A stretch of DNA of 64,000 bases from Macrostomum lignano (lineage: Eukaryota), in assembly GCA_002269645.1 (NCBI GenBank), contig NIVC01002787.1, positions 34,772 through 98,771 of the forward strand, read 5' to 3'. Each line of letters starts with the position of its first letter. Position 1 is the first letter of the stretch. Shown here piece after piece: positions 23,554 to 36,330 of this stretch. The notes under the pieces are model-generated. The model did no database searches. It was given only the letters and a program-made list of their open reading frames with translations, and had not been told where the DNA came from. The position numbers and the translations under genes were made by a program.

Positions 23554-24961
23554 ATGGCCTCTTATTCACAGTCACCTTTGAAAAAGAAGTCGAAGAAGGA
23601 TGGGATTGCCGGTCTGACAGCTGGTCAAATGCCTACGCCTGTCACTGGCCTTGTGACGAACCTGAAAGACGTTCACACGTATAATAACAACAAAGGTCAG
23701 GGCAAGTGTTTTCGTTCATCTTGGTGGACGACTCATCTGAGATGCGAGTCAGCGTCTTCGGTAAGGACCTGCAAGCTGTCTGGGAAGTTTGCAACGATGC
23801 TGAAGCCGTTCGCATATCCGGTGGGATGGTGAAGACTGCCAAGCCAGAGTACAAGTGTACGGACAATCCACTTGAGATGACCGTTTCCGTGGATTCCAAG
23901 GGCTTCATCTATAGAAGCAACGAAGTGCCGGTTGCTCGAGATCCAGTAATTAATTACACTGGCATTAATCAACTGCAACAGACTGGATTGGACAGGTGAG
24001 TGACTAATTGATTGAGTAGTTTTCGTCATGTATTAGTGCTCGAATATCGCGGAGTGAAAGTACATGTAATCGTGTTTTTGGGTGACAGTTAGTTTGCCTT
24101 GTGTTTGAAAATATTTATTATCGCAACACTGTACGAAGCCTGGGTTATTAGTTTCATGATGCTACTGTCAGTGTACAAATACTTTAGAAATATAATGTGA
24201 TGCTTAAGTTAGTGTGTAAATAGTTAAAAAAAGTACTGCTCCCTTTCACTATCAGAATCGTCGATGTGCTGGGAGTGATCGACGCCAGGCAACCGCCTGA
24301 AGAAGTCCGAACGCGTGCTGGGAAGAAGGTTAACGTAGCCAAAGTGACTTTGGTTGACCGAACCTTCGGCTCTGTAAGCTGCACGTTTTGGGGTTCGTCG
24401 TCAGCTCAAGTGGACAGGTGGAACATCGGCGATGTTTTTTCCATAAGAAGAGCAAAGGTGCAGGAGTATTCGGGCTCCGTCACGTTGGGATGCTCGAACT
24501 CTGACGTAAAATGCAACAGTGACGATGGTGAAGCCAGAGTCTTGGCTGACTGGTATAGGAATGCAAAGGAAGGCGATACCCGATTTGAACCTGTGCCCGC
24601 TCCAGTGCCTACTCCAGGACTTGGTGCTGATGAGATTGGAGTCGAAAGTGTGACCACCATTCGAGAGCCTGCTGCCTTGTTTGAGTTTTATGAAAAACAC
24701 TCGAAGGAAATTGTGAGGGACTTTGGAAATGGCAAAAAGGTGAGTGATTTTCTACAAATTTAGTTGCTTAATATGAATTTCTTATTACACATATTTTATA
24801 TCCTTATACATTTTTCGTTCTCGCAGATTCGATACAGACGAGTGTCGACGGGTGATGACCGGAGTCAGTTTCACCGCAGTGGAGGTGCCGACTGTCAGGA
24901 CGAGTCGAGCAGAATGTCGTTCGATGATCACAGCGTACAGAACAGCACTTCGTATCAGTGA
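23554..24961 (+). pseudogene. RPA70-like ssDNA-binding protein (two OB folds), 3 exons (23554-23995, 24256-24739, 24827-24961), frameshift at ~23705
   Basis: GK/VFSFILVDDSSEMRVSVFG resembles DBD-A and VDVLGVI...VTLVDRTFGSVSCTFWG resembles DBD-B. A 1-nt deletion splits exon 1; the last exon is less certain. Confidence 0.82.
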
Positions 24962-25011
24962 GTTGCCACAGTTGGCGCGTGCCACTTTTTTGACCCGAGT
25001 GTCAGATGGCG

Positions 25012-26855
25012 GAGAGTGAAATCAAAGTCGCGTAGAGTCTCAATGAACTGATAGCCCTAAGAGAGTACATTGAGTAAATCCTATTTACGAGGAATGTTTC
25101 ATAAGTTCCTCCTTATACTCATAGGGACATAAATATAACAGTACTTAAAGTAGACATTACGCAATAAATACAGTCTCTAAACAGGCAATACAGTCTCTAC
25201 AGACAATACAGTCTCTAAACAGACAATACAGTCTCTAAACAGACAATACAGTCTCTAAACAGACAATACAGTCTCTAAACAGACAATACAGTCTCTAAAC
25301 AGACAATACAGTCTCTAAACAGACAATACAGCCTCTAAACAGACAATACAGTCTCTAAACAGACAATGCAGTCTCTAAACAGACAATACAGCCTCTAAAC
25401 AGACAATACAGTCTCTAAACAGACAATACAGTCTCTAAACAGGCAATACAGTCTCTAAACAGACAATACAGTCTCTAAACAGGCAATACAGTCTCTAAAC
25501 AGACAATACAGTCTCTAAACAGACAATACAGTCTCTAAACAGGCAATACAGTCTCTAAACAGGCAATACAGTCTCTAAACAGACAATACAGTCTCTAAAC
25601 AGGCAATACAGTCTCTAAACAGACAATACAGTCTCTAAACAGACAATACAGCCTCTAAACAGACAATACAGACAATAATACAGCCACTAATACAGTCACT
25701 GAACAGACCATAAAATACAGTCAGTAAACAGACAATACAGTCTCTAAACAGGCAATACAGTCTCTAAACAGGCAATACAGTCTCTAAACAGGCAATACAG
25801 TCTCTAAACAGACAATACAGTCTCTAAACAGACAATACAGTCTCTAAACAGGCAATACAGTCTCTAAACAGGCAATACAGTCTCTAAACAGACAATACAG
25901 TCTCTAAACAGGCAATACAGTCTCTAAACAGACAATACAGTCTCTAAACAGACAATACAGCCTCTAAACAGACAATACAGACAATAATACAGCCACTAAT
26001 ACAGTCACTGAACAGACCATAAAATACAGTCAGTAAACAGATATAGTACAGGTATATATAAGCAGGTGAAACATGTATGTATAATTGGAATTTATAAAGC
26101 AGCCCTCATTGAGAGTAGGTTGACTGCATCTTAACTGGGCTAAAAGAGTTTGTGAATGGTGTATAGGAGCTGCTCTATATACCCTGTGGTTCCAGACTCT
26201 AAAAGGAGCATTTGCAGTCAAGCTCTGTAGCAGCCTTAAGCAGAGCGGAGCGACTTAATGTTTGGAATGTCTCTACCTTTGCTTACACCCAATGCATGCA
26301 ATTGAGCAGTGACGCGAGTCGGCAGGTAGTCAGGATGGCATATACATGTACATTTTTGTACTGCTAAAGCTATACTGGCTGCTTGTCGATGGCACCATCT
26401 GCTGAAGCGACAGTCTATCCTTTTGTAATAAATTATTACATTTTTTTAAATTTTCACCTGCTATTAGCAGCAGAAGATCACATTATATCATTTGAATAAA
26501 TACATGCGTTTGTTTAACTATTGTTTCAATTTTGAACGTCAATTTTCGGTTGTTTAAAATCTAATTAAAAGCTCGTACCGTTTGTTGTTTCTTTATTTGT
26601 TGTAGTTCGTAACAGTACAGTTGAATAAAACTGTTATTTTGTACATGTACTGTGTATAATAATAGTGAAACTAACAGAAATGTTTATTAGTTCGGCGAAT
26701 TAATTCACGCAGTTTCGTATCACCCTACACTCAAAGTATGCAAGTATTAAATGGTACGCGTATATGCACGTTCTTTGTATTGACGTGCTATGGCGAAAAT
26801 AAATAAAGCTTCAAATATCTCACGTCATTAATTAAGAATATTCTGTTCACAAAAA
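25012..26855 (+). repeat. Direct repeat X, copy 2 (includes 20-bp satellite 25150-26035)
   Basis: Matches 18198-20185; near-identical to about 26445, more diverged after. Confidence 0.88.
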
Positions 26856-26866
26856 TTTGGTGCATA

Positions 26867-27225
26867 AGCGCTCACAAACTTATGCAAATGTCAGGCTGTA
26901 GGGTTAGTGTTAGGGTTGGTGTTAGCCAGGGTTTAGATTTAGATTTACATAGAAATATTGGAAGCGTCGTGAAAAATAATGGAATCATCATGCAAACAAT
27001 CATGGAATCATCATGCAAACAATCATGGAAGCATCCTGCAAACAATCATGGAAGCATCATGCAAAAACTCGTGAACAGAATATTAAATTAAGGGTTATGG
27101 TTAGGGTTAGGGTTAGAAGTTTGACAGGATATTTTTTTCAGATTTCAAGGCTGAGCTACATGTAGCTTATTAAAAAACGTGTATTGCATTTCTTTTGCTC
27201 CCCAACGGGGGGCGTTGATTGCTAG
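26867..27225 (+). mobile_element. 3'-terminal fragment of a Helitron (E6 type)
   Basis: Homologous to 49755-50152; ends with a CCCC-AAC-GGGGGG hairpin then GATTGCTAG (CTAG 27222-27225). Confidence 0.75.
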
Positions 27226-28533
27226 TTCCTATATACTAAAAATGAGTTGTCTGTATGTATGCATGTATATGGGTATGCGATTGATTTCAGAAAAATTGGC
27301 TCAACCGATTTTTTTTTCAAACTTGCACCATTCGATCAGAAATTTTCCTGGGACGGTACATGTATCTTGGCTAAGAAATTGCTCAATGTTAAAGGGATTA
27401 AATATTCGAAAAACATGCTTTTTTGCAAAGGTCAAGCAGCTCTTTCGACCTGGAATGCATTGTAAGAATGCTAGAGAAAAAACTGACTGACTGAATTCTG
27501 ATTGTGATAAAGATTGCATAACAGCTGAATTGTACCTCCGCCTTGTATTGCGTCACTTGTATTGCGTCCTTGTATTGTTGAAAACACTGTGTAGAAGCAT
27601 ATTACGAGACTTGATTTAGACTGCGTAACCATACTGACCGATTGAAAAATTGATTATGTCATAACTGCTTCGTGCTCATCTTATAGTGTAATTTTTGTTA
27701 AACATAAAAGAAGCGTCATGAAAAACCTAAAAAAATGCTAGCGTCGGGGCTTACTAATTCAGAACCACAAGTGTCATAAAAATCGTAAAAGAAGTGTCAT
27801 TTTAAGCATGAAAAGTTCCTGTAAAGCATAGAAGAAGCGCGAATATTCGAATAACACACATGCCTTTCTGCAAGGGTCAAGCAGAACTTCCTACTGTGAG
27901 CCATTCTTATTGGAATTGAACTTTGCAGCGCCCAGTAAAGTAGTATTTTTTGTCGCCAGGCTAGAGAGCTATAAATGTAGACTGCGAGAAAAGATTGTAC
28001 ATTATAAAATGTCCCCGTGCACAATTGACAAACTAACTTTAAATGCTGGAGACAGGGATAGTGAGAGAGTGAAATACATGCACATATATACAGTATCTAA
28101 TTGATTCACAATATACGAACCATGTTGAGACTGACCCTCCAAAATGTAATAAAACCGTCTGATTATAAAAAAGTCCAAAAGTGCCACAGAGATAGATGTA
28201 CATTGGCTACTGAGGCTTGCGCCTCCTTCAGAAAATTTATCTGAATCCTTTCACATAGGAGAGTTAGAGTTAGGTGTTTGAGAGATAGTATTGAATAATA
28301 AAAAAGTCCTGACCAATTAGCAGGCGGGTATTTGAGAGAATTTAGGCTTGCTGTACACACTGACGGTCTAACAGTGTACAAATGGTGTCCAGCTTTTTGG
28401 GATTGGGTGGTTGCTGAGTTTAAAACGCGTGACATTATAGACTTCATACCTTTCTCTTTTCTCGCACACAACCCCTACTATCCTTTCTTTTCATTATAAC
28501 TCAAAATTCTTATCTTTCAATTTGAATTCCAAT

Positions 28534-31500
28534 ATGGCTCGACGTGGCACCAGCGCATTGAAGAAGAGCAGAGATGCCAAGAAGAAGCGTCAGCAAGAGA
28601 GTGCCGTTCAGCGAGAGGAGCGGCTGGCTGGACTGCGGCAGCAGAAGAATGAGCGAACGGCCATGGAGACTGACGCGCAGTGAGAAGAGCGGCTGGCTGG
28701 ACACCGGCAGGAAAATGCTGAGCGAAGGGCAACGGAAACAGACGCTCAGCGAGAAGAGCGCCTGACGAGACTCCGGCAGGAAAATGCTGAGCGAAGGGCA
28801 ACGGAAACAGACGCTCAGCGAGAAGAGCGTAGATCTAGAGACAGAACTCGTGCGGAGAAGCGACGCGCTTCAGAAACCGAAGAGCAACGAAGAGCTCGAG
28901 TCGAAGCCGAGCAAATTCGCCGTCGAGGAGTGTCGGCTGGCAGGTAGGATGACATTTTAATTGGAGCTATATATTTTATAGCTATATAAAATCCAAGTGC
29001 CCATTGTTCCTAATTCGGGGTTTTTTCTATCTTAGCTGATGTTCTATTGGTACTTGGGCATATAATTAAAAACTGGAATCTGTTTCGTGCATTTTTTCTC
29101 ATCTTTTCAAGTCGATTGCTTTCCAAGAGTTTTATTTAAGAGATCAGTATAGAATAGCATAAAATTTATTCGTCACTACTTTAATTACCGGCAAATGAAG
29201 TTGTGTATAATTTTTTTCTAATATTCCAGGTTTGATAGTAGTGAGTTGGCCACACCGTCTGTGGTACCTTTTGATGCGTTGCGCATAATTCGCATTCCTG
29301 GTGATGGGAACTGTTTTTTTTATGCAGTCTGTGATCAGTTGCAGGGAACTCCACTTGAGACCGATGCGGCATCTTTAAGACACGAGCTGACGAGCCGTGT
29401 AGTGCAGATTATGCCAGAATTGATTGAACAAGGCTTTGTTTTGCCAGAAAATGCTGATTTCATTGTTGATTCCTCTTTTTCTGAAGGCACATATGTGCCT
29501 GATGAAGTTGTTCCGCTTTTAAGCCGTTGTTTTAATGTTGATCTGGTGATTTATCAAGAAAACGGCACTGTACTGCAGTACTGTATGTCCCCTTTGCAGC
29601 CACCGATTGCAATCGTCCGAATTCTTTTGCGTCATGAGCATTATGAGTCATTGCGATTTGCTAATCCGATTCCAGTTTCTGAGCCCATTGTAGATGCAGA
29701 GGAGCCAAGATTAACTCAGAAGAGTGCAGGTCATTTTGGCGCAAGACCTGCTCAAGAGAGGTAGGTCATTGGTGTGACTGGTCATCATAATTTATTTGTC
29801 ATCGAACTCAAGTTGTTTTATTCCAATAAATTTTTTTGTAAACTGAAAGATTAACTGGGAAAACTGTTTGCCATTAATCCTTCCTAATCCTAACCCTTCC
29901 AATCACAGGCCAGAACGGATTATCAGGCCTGAAGCGCCAGCCCATAACTGTGGCCCAATGGACAGAGCATGCGACCAATGCGGTGCATTACTTTGGTGCT
30001 CTGAGACGAGGAATTTCTGCTGCGCCAAAGGCAAGGTAAAGCTGCCCAGCCGCACCGTGCCTCAAGTGCTGGCGGATCTGTACCTGGGGCGTCACAGACT
30101 GAGTGCCGAGTTCCTGACCAACATTCGGAGTTACAACTCGGCGCTGCACCTGACATCGCTGGGTGCCAAACTGCGGTTGGTGCCAGGCTGGTGCCCCAGC
30201 TTCATCATCAGCGGCCAGTTGCATCACAACACGGCGCCGCTGTTTGCAGAGGATTCAGCTGAGCCCCATGGCTGGCAGGTGTATTTCAATGATCGCGAAC
30301 TTGAAAGCCGCCAGAGTCTCAGCCAGAAGGTGAAGCCGGAGCTACTGGAGCTATTGCAGACGCTGCTTCACGAGTGCAACGGCTATGTCTGCAGCCTGAG
30401 GGCAGTCGCTCATCGAATCAGTCAAGATCCGGAGTTGGGAGATGCGCGAATCGTTATTCACCCTGACCGTCGACCATCTGGGGAACACATTCGGTATGTC
30501 TGCAAGACATTCTAATAAGATATTTTGCGTAATAAATTATCCAATTATCCAATTTGTACAGACTCTGTATCCCACAAACTCCGTTCAAAATCAGGCGCTA
30601 CAACTTGCCTACGGCGAACGAGGTCGGTATCCTGATTGTGGAGGACAATGAGAACACACCGGCCAGTCGGGACGTCGTGATTCAACTGCGTGGGGGCGGT
30701 TCTCAGCGAATCAGTGAGACGCACCGCTCATATGACCCGCTGGAGTATGTGCTGCTGTTCCCGAATGGCGAAGATGGCTGGCACCCGGAGTTGCTGATGA
30801 GTAATGGCAAGAAATTGACGCCCATGAAATACTATGCGAGCGAAATCATGGTGCGAGCGGGCCAGTTCAGTGTGCTGCACTATGGCCGAAGATTATTTCA
30901 GCAGTACTTGGTGGACATGTGTGCCAAGATTGAGGCAGAGAGGCTGCTGTATTTGCGGATCCATCAGCAGGACCTGCGCAGCGAGACATACAGCGGTCTG
31001 CGGGACGCTCTGTTTGCAGCTGATGGCAGGTCTACCGACAGAGATCCGAGTGACATAGGCAAGCCCGCACATGTGCTTCTGTCTTCGAGCTTCGTTGGCG
31101 GGCCAAGGTACCTGATGGAGAGGCTACAGGACGCTATGACCTATGTTCACAAGTTTGGTAAGCCGGACCTGTTTGTCACGGCAACATGCAATCCGAATTG
31201 GCCGGAGATCAGCGCCCAGCTGCTGCCTGGACAGCGGGCAGAAGACCGGCCGGACATTGTTAGCCGAGTCTTTGAAATGAAGAGGAAAGCTCTTCTGGCC
31301 CAGTTGACCAAGCGCTATGGGAAAGAGGCCGCTCACGTTTTCTCACTGGAGTACCAGAAGCGTGGTGAGTAAAAATTCTGACTTGCAAGAATCAAAGTTT
31401 TAAGATTTATTAAAATTTAGATTTACAAAGGTTTTGTGATATTTTCTAATACTTTTTTTGACGCTCCAGGTCTTCCCCATGTGCACTTTCTACTGTGGCT

Positions 31501-34500
31501 CGTGAGCGGTCAGCGAGTGACTCCGGACCGATACGATGACATCGTGTCTGCCGAGATTCCGGACCCAGAGCAGCAGCCTGTGCTGTATGAGCTGGTGAAG
31601 ACGCACATGATCCATGGCCCCTGCGGCAAGGAGAATCCGGCGTGCCCTTGCATGGAGAATGGCGAATGCAGCAAGGGCTTTCCGAAAGAGTTCCAGCAGG
31701 TGACGCTGACCAGCGATACTGGCTACCCACTGTACCGCAGACTATCGCCTGAGATGGGCGGATTTACAGTGGACAAACTGTTCAAAGGCCGGAGCATTCG
31801 CATGGACAACAGGGAAGTTCAAACGCTAATATATTGCTTAGTTGTGCATTTCAGCTTTTGTTTCTGAAAGTTAATGATATTATTTTTTCATTAAAACAGG
31901 TGGGTCGTTCCGTACAGCCCTGACCTGTTGCTCCAGTTTGCGTGCCACTTGAACGTCGAAGTTTGCGCCACTGTGAAGTCGGTCAAGTACGTGATCAAGT
32001 ACCTGTTAAAGGGTGGCGACATGGCGACGTTCAAAGTCGATGCCAATAGGAATTCTACTGAACCGAGAGAGCAGGCAGTGGGTGACCAGCAGCCGAAGCA
32101 AACGACAGGAAATAAGCCGCGTGATGAGATTAAGGAGTACCTGTCCGCGCGCTACATTGGTCCAATGGAAGCCGTGAATACCATCTTGGGCTTTGAAGTA
32201 ATTCGCATTCTAATTATTATTGGCTCATTTTAACCAGAGCTGTGAAACCTCGTCATAGTATAAATTGAATTTCCATCGAAACTTAAAGGCTGTATATTTT
32301 CCTTTCACTTTCTGATCAGGTGCACAACAGGTTTCCGGCGGTCATCCGACTCTGCGTTCACAAGTCGGAAGAGCAGCTCGTGTATTTCAACGAGGGGACC
32401 GCAAGAGCAAAAGCGAGAACGCCGAAAGATTCGACGTTGACGGCATTTTTCAAGCTGTGCCGTATTGACGAATTTGCTGGGTCCTTGCTCTACACGGAGG
32501 TGCCGTCCTACTTCGTGTGGCACTCCAGCGAAAGAGAGTGGCGGCGGGCCAAGCAGGGTGTGCGAGTCGATGGCCATCCGGGTGTAGTGCGGAACAAAAA
32601 CGTTGCACGCATGTACACGGTGAGTCCAAGAGCAGGTGATTTATTTTATGTTCGAATGCACCTTTTGAATGTTAGGGGACCGACTAGCTTCGAGGCGCTG
32701 CAGACCGTGGACGGCGTTGTGCATCCGAGCGCCAAGGCTGCTTGCATGGCCCTTGGCCTGCTGCAGCGAGATGATCACTGGCGGCGGTGTCTAGCTGAGG
32801 CCGTTCAGTCAAGAATGCCAAGAGCCCTGAGACATCTTCTGGCCGTAATTCTCATATGGGGTGAGCCTGAGGATGGCAGCGACCTCTGGTGCAGTTTTGC
32901 CCAGGATCTCAGCGAGGACCTGCGGTTTCACCACCGAGACTTGAGCACCGAGGAGATTACTGACCTGGCGCTGCGTGAGCTTCAGAGCATGTTGATCTCC
33001 ATGGGCGGGAGAAGCCTGCCAGAGTACGGCCTGCCTGCGGCCTCCGTGACACCTCAAGATGGACCAATGCAGTTTGATACGGTTGAGCAAGCACTGATTA
33101 CTGAGGCGCGCTTACCAATGCTGACAGATGAGCAGAAAGCGGTGTACGAGTCCGTGACTCAGAATCTTGTGGACGGCACCAGCGGCTTGCACTTCCTGGA
33201 CGCACCTGCTGGCACTGGCAAGACCTTCCTGCTGGAGGTTCTGCTAGCCTTCGTGCGCAGCCGGGGTGAAGTCGCTCTCGCCGTTGCGGCTTCTGGAATC
33301 GCAGCGACTCTTTTGCCAGGTGGACAGACGGCGCATTCAACGTGAGTAATTTATTGTCAATATTTCAAAAAGCAGTTGTAAATATTTCGTGTGCTGTAAA
33401 TATGTTCGGCATGGTGAAACTATTTGTCTATACCAGGTTCAAGATACCAATTCGGGCGATCCGTTCGAGCAAAGACGTGTGCGCTGTTGGAGCGCAGTCC
33501 AAACAGGCCGCTGTATTTCGGACAGTGCGTCTAATTGTCTGGGACGAGATTTCTATGACAAACCGGAAGGATTTGGAGGCCGTCGACCGGTGCTTGCGAG
33601 ACGTGCGGAAGCAGGACGTGCCATTCGGCGGAGTGGTTTTCGTTTGCGCTGGGGACTTTCGCCAGCTGCTGCCCGTTGTGGTGCATGGGACTCGAGCCAA
33701 CAGCGTCATGGCGTGTGTCAGCAGATCCCCACTGTGGAAATTTTTCCGGCGGCATCGCCTTACAAGAAACATCCGATTGCTGAGCAGTTCCGATTCTGCA
33801 ACGTATTTGAGATACACCGAGCTACTCAAGCAGGTAAGTTTGTTTTCATCAGTTTATTTATTGGAAGATTTAAGGATATTCGGTTTCTTTCGTGTTGAGA
33901 GCTCCATTTAAAAAATTGTGGCTTATTCAAGAATGCCTAGCTCAAAGTCTGTCTAGCGTTTTATATATTTGACTTTTAACTCCCCCAGATCGGATCCGGA
34001 ACAATTGAGCAGGATGCAGAGGAGAAAGTGTCTCTTCCTGCTGAGATCATCATTTCTGCGGAGGCGCCGCTCAATGATCTGATAAATTTTGTGTACCCAT
34101 CGTTTGAGGCGTCAGTGGAGAGGGACGGTTACTTTGCAAGCCGAGCGATCCTGGCGCCTTACAATGACTCAGTGGATGCCATCAACGAGACGTGCCTGGG
34201 CATGTTCCCCGGCAGCCTGCGGGAGTACCGCTCAGTAGACAGTGTGGCCGATGAGGATGCCGCTACGCACTTCCCGCCTGAGTTGCTCAACCAGCTGGAT
34301 GCCCCGAACTTTCCGATTCACTTGCTGAGGCTAAAAGTGGGTATGCCAGTAGTTCTTCTCAGGAACATCAACCCGCCACGATTATGCAATGGTACGCGGC
34401 TCATCATACTCGCGATGGGCGAGAACGTGCTTAGATGCAAGATTGCCGCCGGCCAGTTCACGGGAGACGAGATTCTTCTGCCGCGAATCCCGCTGATTCC

Positions 34501-34753
34501 TAGCAATGCGGACCTCCCCGTCAGTTTCAAGCGGCTGCAGTTCCCTGTGAAGCCGAGTTTCTGCCTGACGATTCACAAGTCGCAGGGACAGTCTCTGGAC
34601 ACAGTTGGCATTGACCTGTCAGTCGGTTGCTTCACGCATGGCCAGCTGTACACGGCGCTGTCACGAGCAAAGAACGCGGCAAATGTTTGCGTCCGGATTC
34701 CGGGAACAAGGACCAGAAACGTTGTGTTTCCAGAAGTTCTCACTGAAGACTAA
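28534..34753 (+). CDS. Helitron Rep/helicase with N-terminal STPR-like repeats and an OTU protease; 9 exons (28534-28943, 29230-29760, 29909-30493, 30595-31364, 31470-31812, 31900-32197, 32320-33341, 33437-33833, 33989-34753); probably disabled
   Basis: All junctions are phase-compatible and rebuild motifs: EHIR|RYNLP, EYQKRG|LPHVHF (HUH), DNR|WVVPY, KYVIKY, TAHS|TFKIP, HGQLYTALSR. Lesions: in-frame TGA at 28681 and a GG instead of GT donor at 31813. Confidence 0.9.
29230..29760 (+). CDS. OTU-like cysteine protease domain (exon 2 of RepHel)
   Basis: RIPGDGNCFFYAV and LRHEHYESL: catalytic D, C and H present. Confidence 0.85.
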
Positions 34754-35924
34754 TTTATTTATCGTAAAAAATGAGGGGTGAGCAATAATTTTCCTTATGC
34801 AAAAGGCTAGAAAGTATATTCATTTATTTTTAAGGAAAAATAGAATAATTATTTCCCCAAATCTCTTAAGTGGTAGCTCTCATTCCTAAAAGAATCGCAG
34901 GAAACTTATTGCCCCAACCTCATTTCTAACGAAGCGTAGATATTGCAATGGCAGTGAGTACGAGCTAATAGCTGATGAACTTAATGTTGAAGCTCAATTA
35001 GGCTTATTTCATTCATTGTATTAATTTTTACAGTCATTTTACCGTTAATTTGTATTTTAAGGCAATTTTATATTAGCCGGAAGTAACTTTTGAAACAAAC
35101 CTTCTTTTGCACTGCTTTGAATGAATTAAGGCTTTGATGAGCAGTTAATTTGTCTTTTATTTTTCACCTGAAATTTCATTATAATTCGAACAATAACTTT
35201 ACCTATTTTATATCGCAAATTAATGCAAAAGACGAAACAATTTTGTTTTTAGTTTTCCAAGGTGTACAAAAACTTAACATTTAGAGTGAATTTTTACGCA
35301 AACTACGATTGACAGTCTTTTTTCAAAAATCCAAAATATCTCAAGTCACCTATGTAACAACTGTGGACTGTAAGCTCATAAAAAACGATTTGAATCAACT
35401 TGCGACGGGGCCTTCGTCTTCCATATATTGAAAGTTGAATAATATACGAAACTCGCAAGATGTCAATTTTAACTAAGGCGAAGGCCCTGAATGAAGCTTT
35501 TGTCTTACTTCATTTCTTAATCTTTGGCGAAACAATAAATACGAATAGACTGAGGCAAAGCGCAAAGGCTAAGGAAATAGAGCCGAACAGAAAATCTTAG
35601 CGCGAAAGAAAGAGACCAACAAAAATATAAATGAGATCGAGAGATCTAACTTAAAATTAGAGTTAGATGGGATTATTGCTGAGAAAATATTTTTGCAAAA
35701 GCTGAGTCAAGGATTAATGCAAAATTGCAGAAAATGAATATTGCAAACTTCAGAAAGGTCAAAGGATTCATTTAAGGCGCCGCCGTGGAATTTATGGTGG
35801 GGGGAGACAAAGCCAAGAATTCTACATGTGCATTCCTACATTATTTTGAGAATCGGTTTTTCAGCGCTTATTTTGGCGTAGCCGGCATTCATCCCAGCGC
35901 CACAAACGCCACACATTTTAGCAC

Positions 35925-36330
35925 CGCAAGCACTCATTTTGGCGTCGTCGGCAGACACTCATTTTGGCACCGCAGACACTCCTTTTGGTACCACAGAAAC
36001 TCATTTTGGCACCGCAGACACTCATTTTGGCACCGCAGACACTCATTTTGGCACCGCAGAAACTCATTTTTGCGCCGCAGGCAGACACTCATTTTGGCAC
36101 CGCAGACACTCCTTTTGGTACCACAGAAACTCATTTTGGCACCACAGAAACTCATGTTGGCACCGCAGACACTCGTTTTGGCGCCGCAGGCACTCATTTT
36201 TGCACCGCAGGAACTCATTTTAGCGCCGCAGGCACTCATTTAGGCGCTGGCACTCATTTTAGCGCCGCAGGCACTCGTTTAAGCGCAGGCACTACTTGTA
36301 GCGCCGCAGAAACTCATTTTGGTCCCACAC
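35925..36330. repeat. 21-bp minisatellite (CACTCATTTTGGCACCGCAGA)n
   Basis: Directly visible; produces repetitive ORFs on both strands. Confidence 0.93.

Noticed and set aside
33342-33436. N-terminal part of the 189-aa ORF
   Set aside because: Intron 7 of RepHel read through; same for ORF extensions at 29868, 30554, 31436 and 16780.
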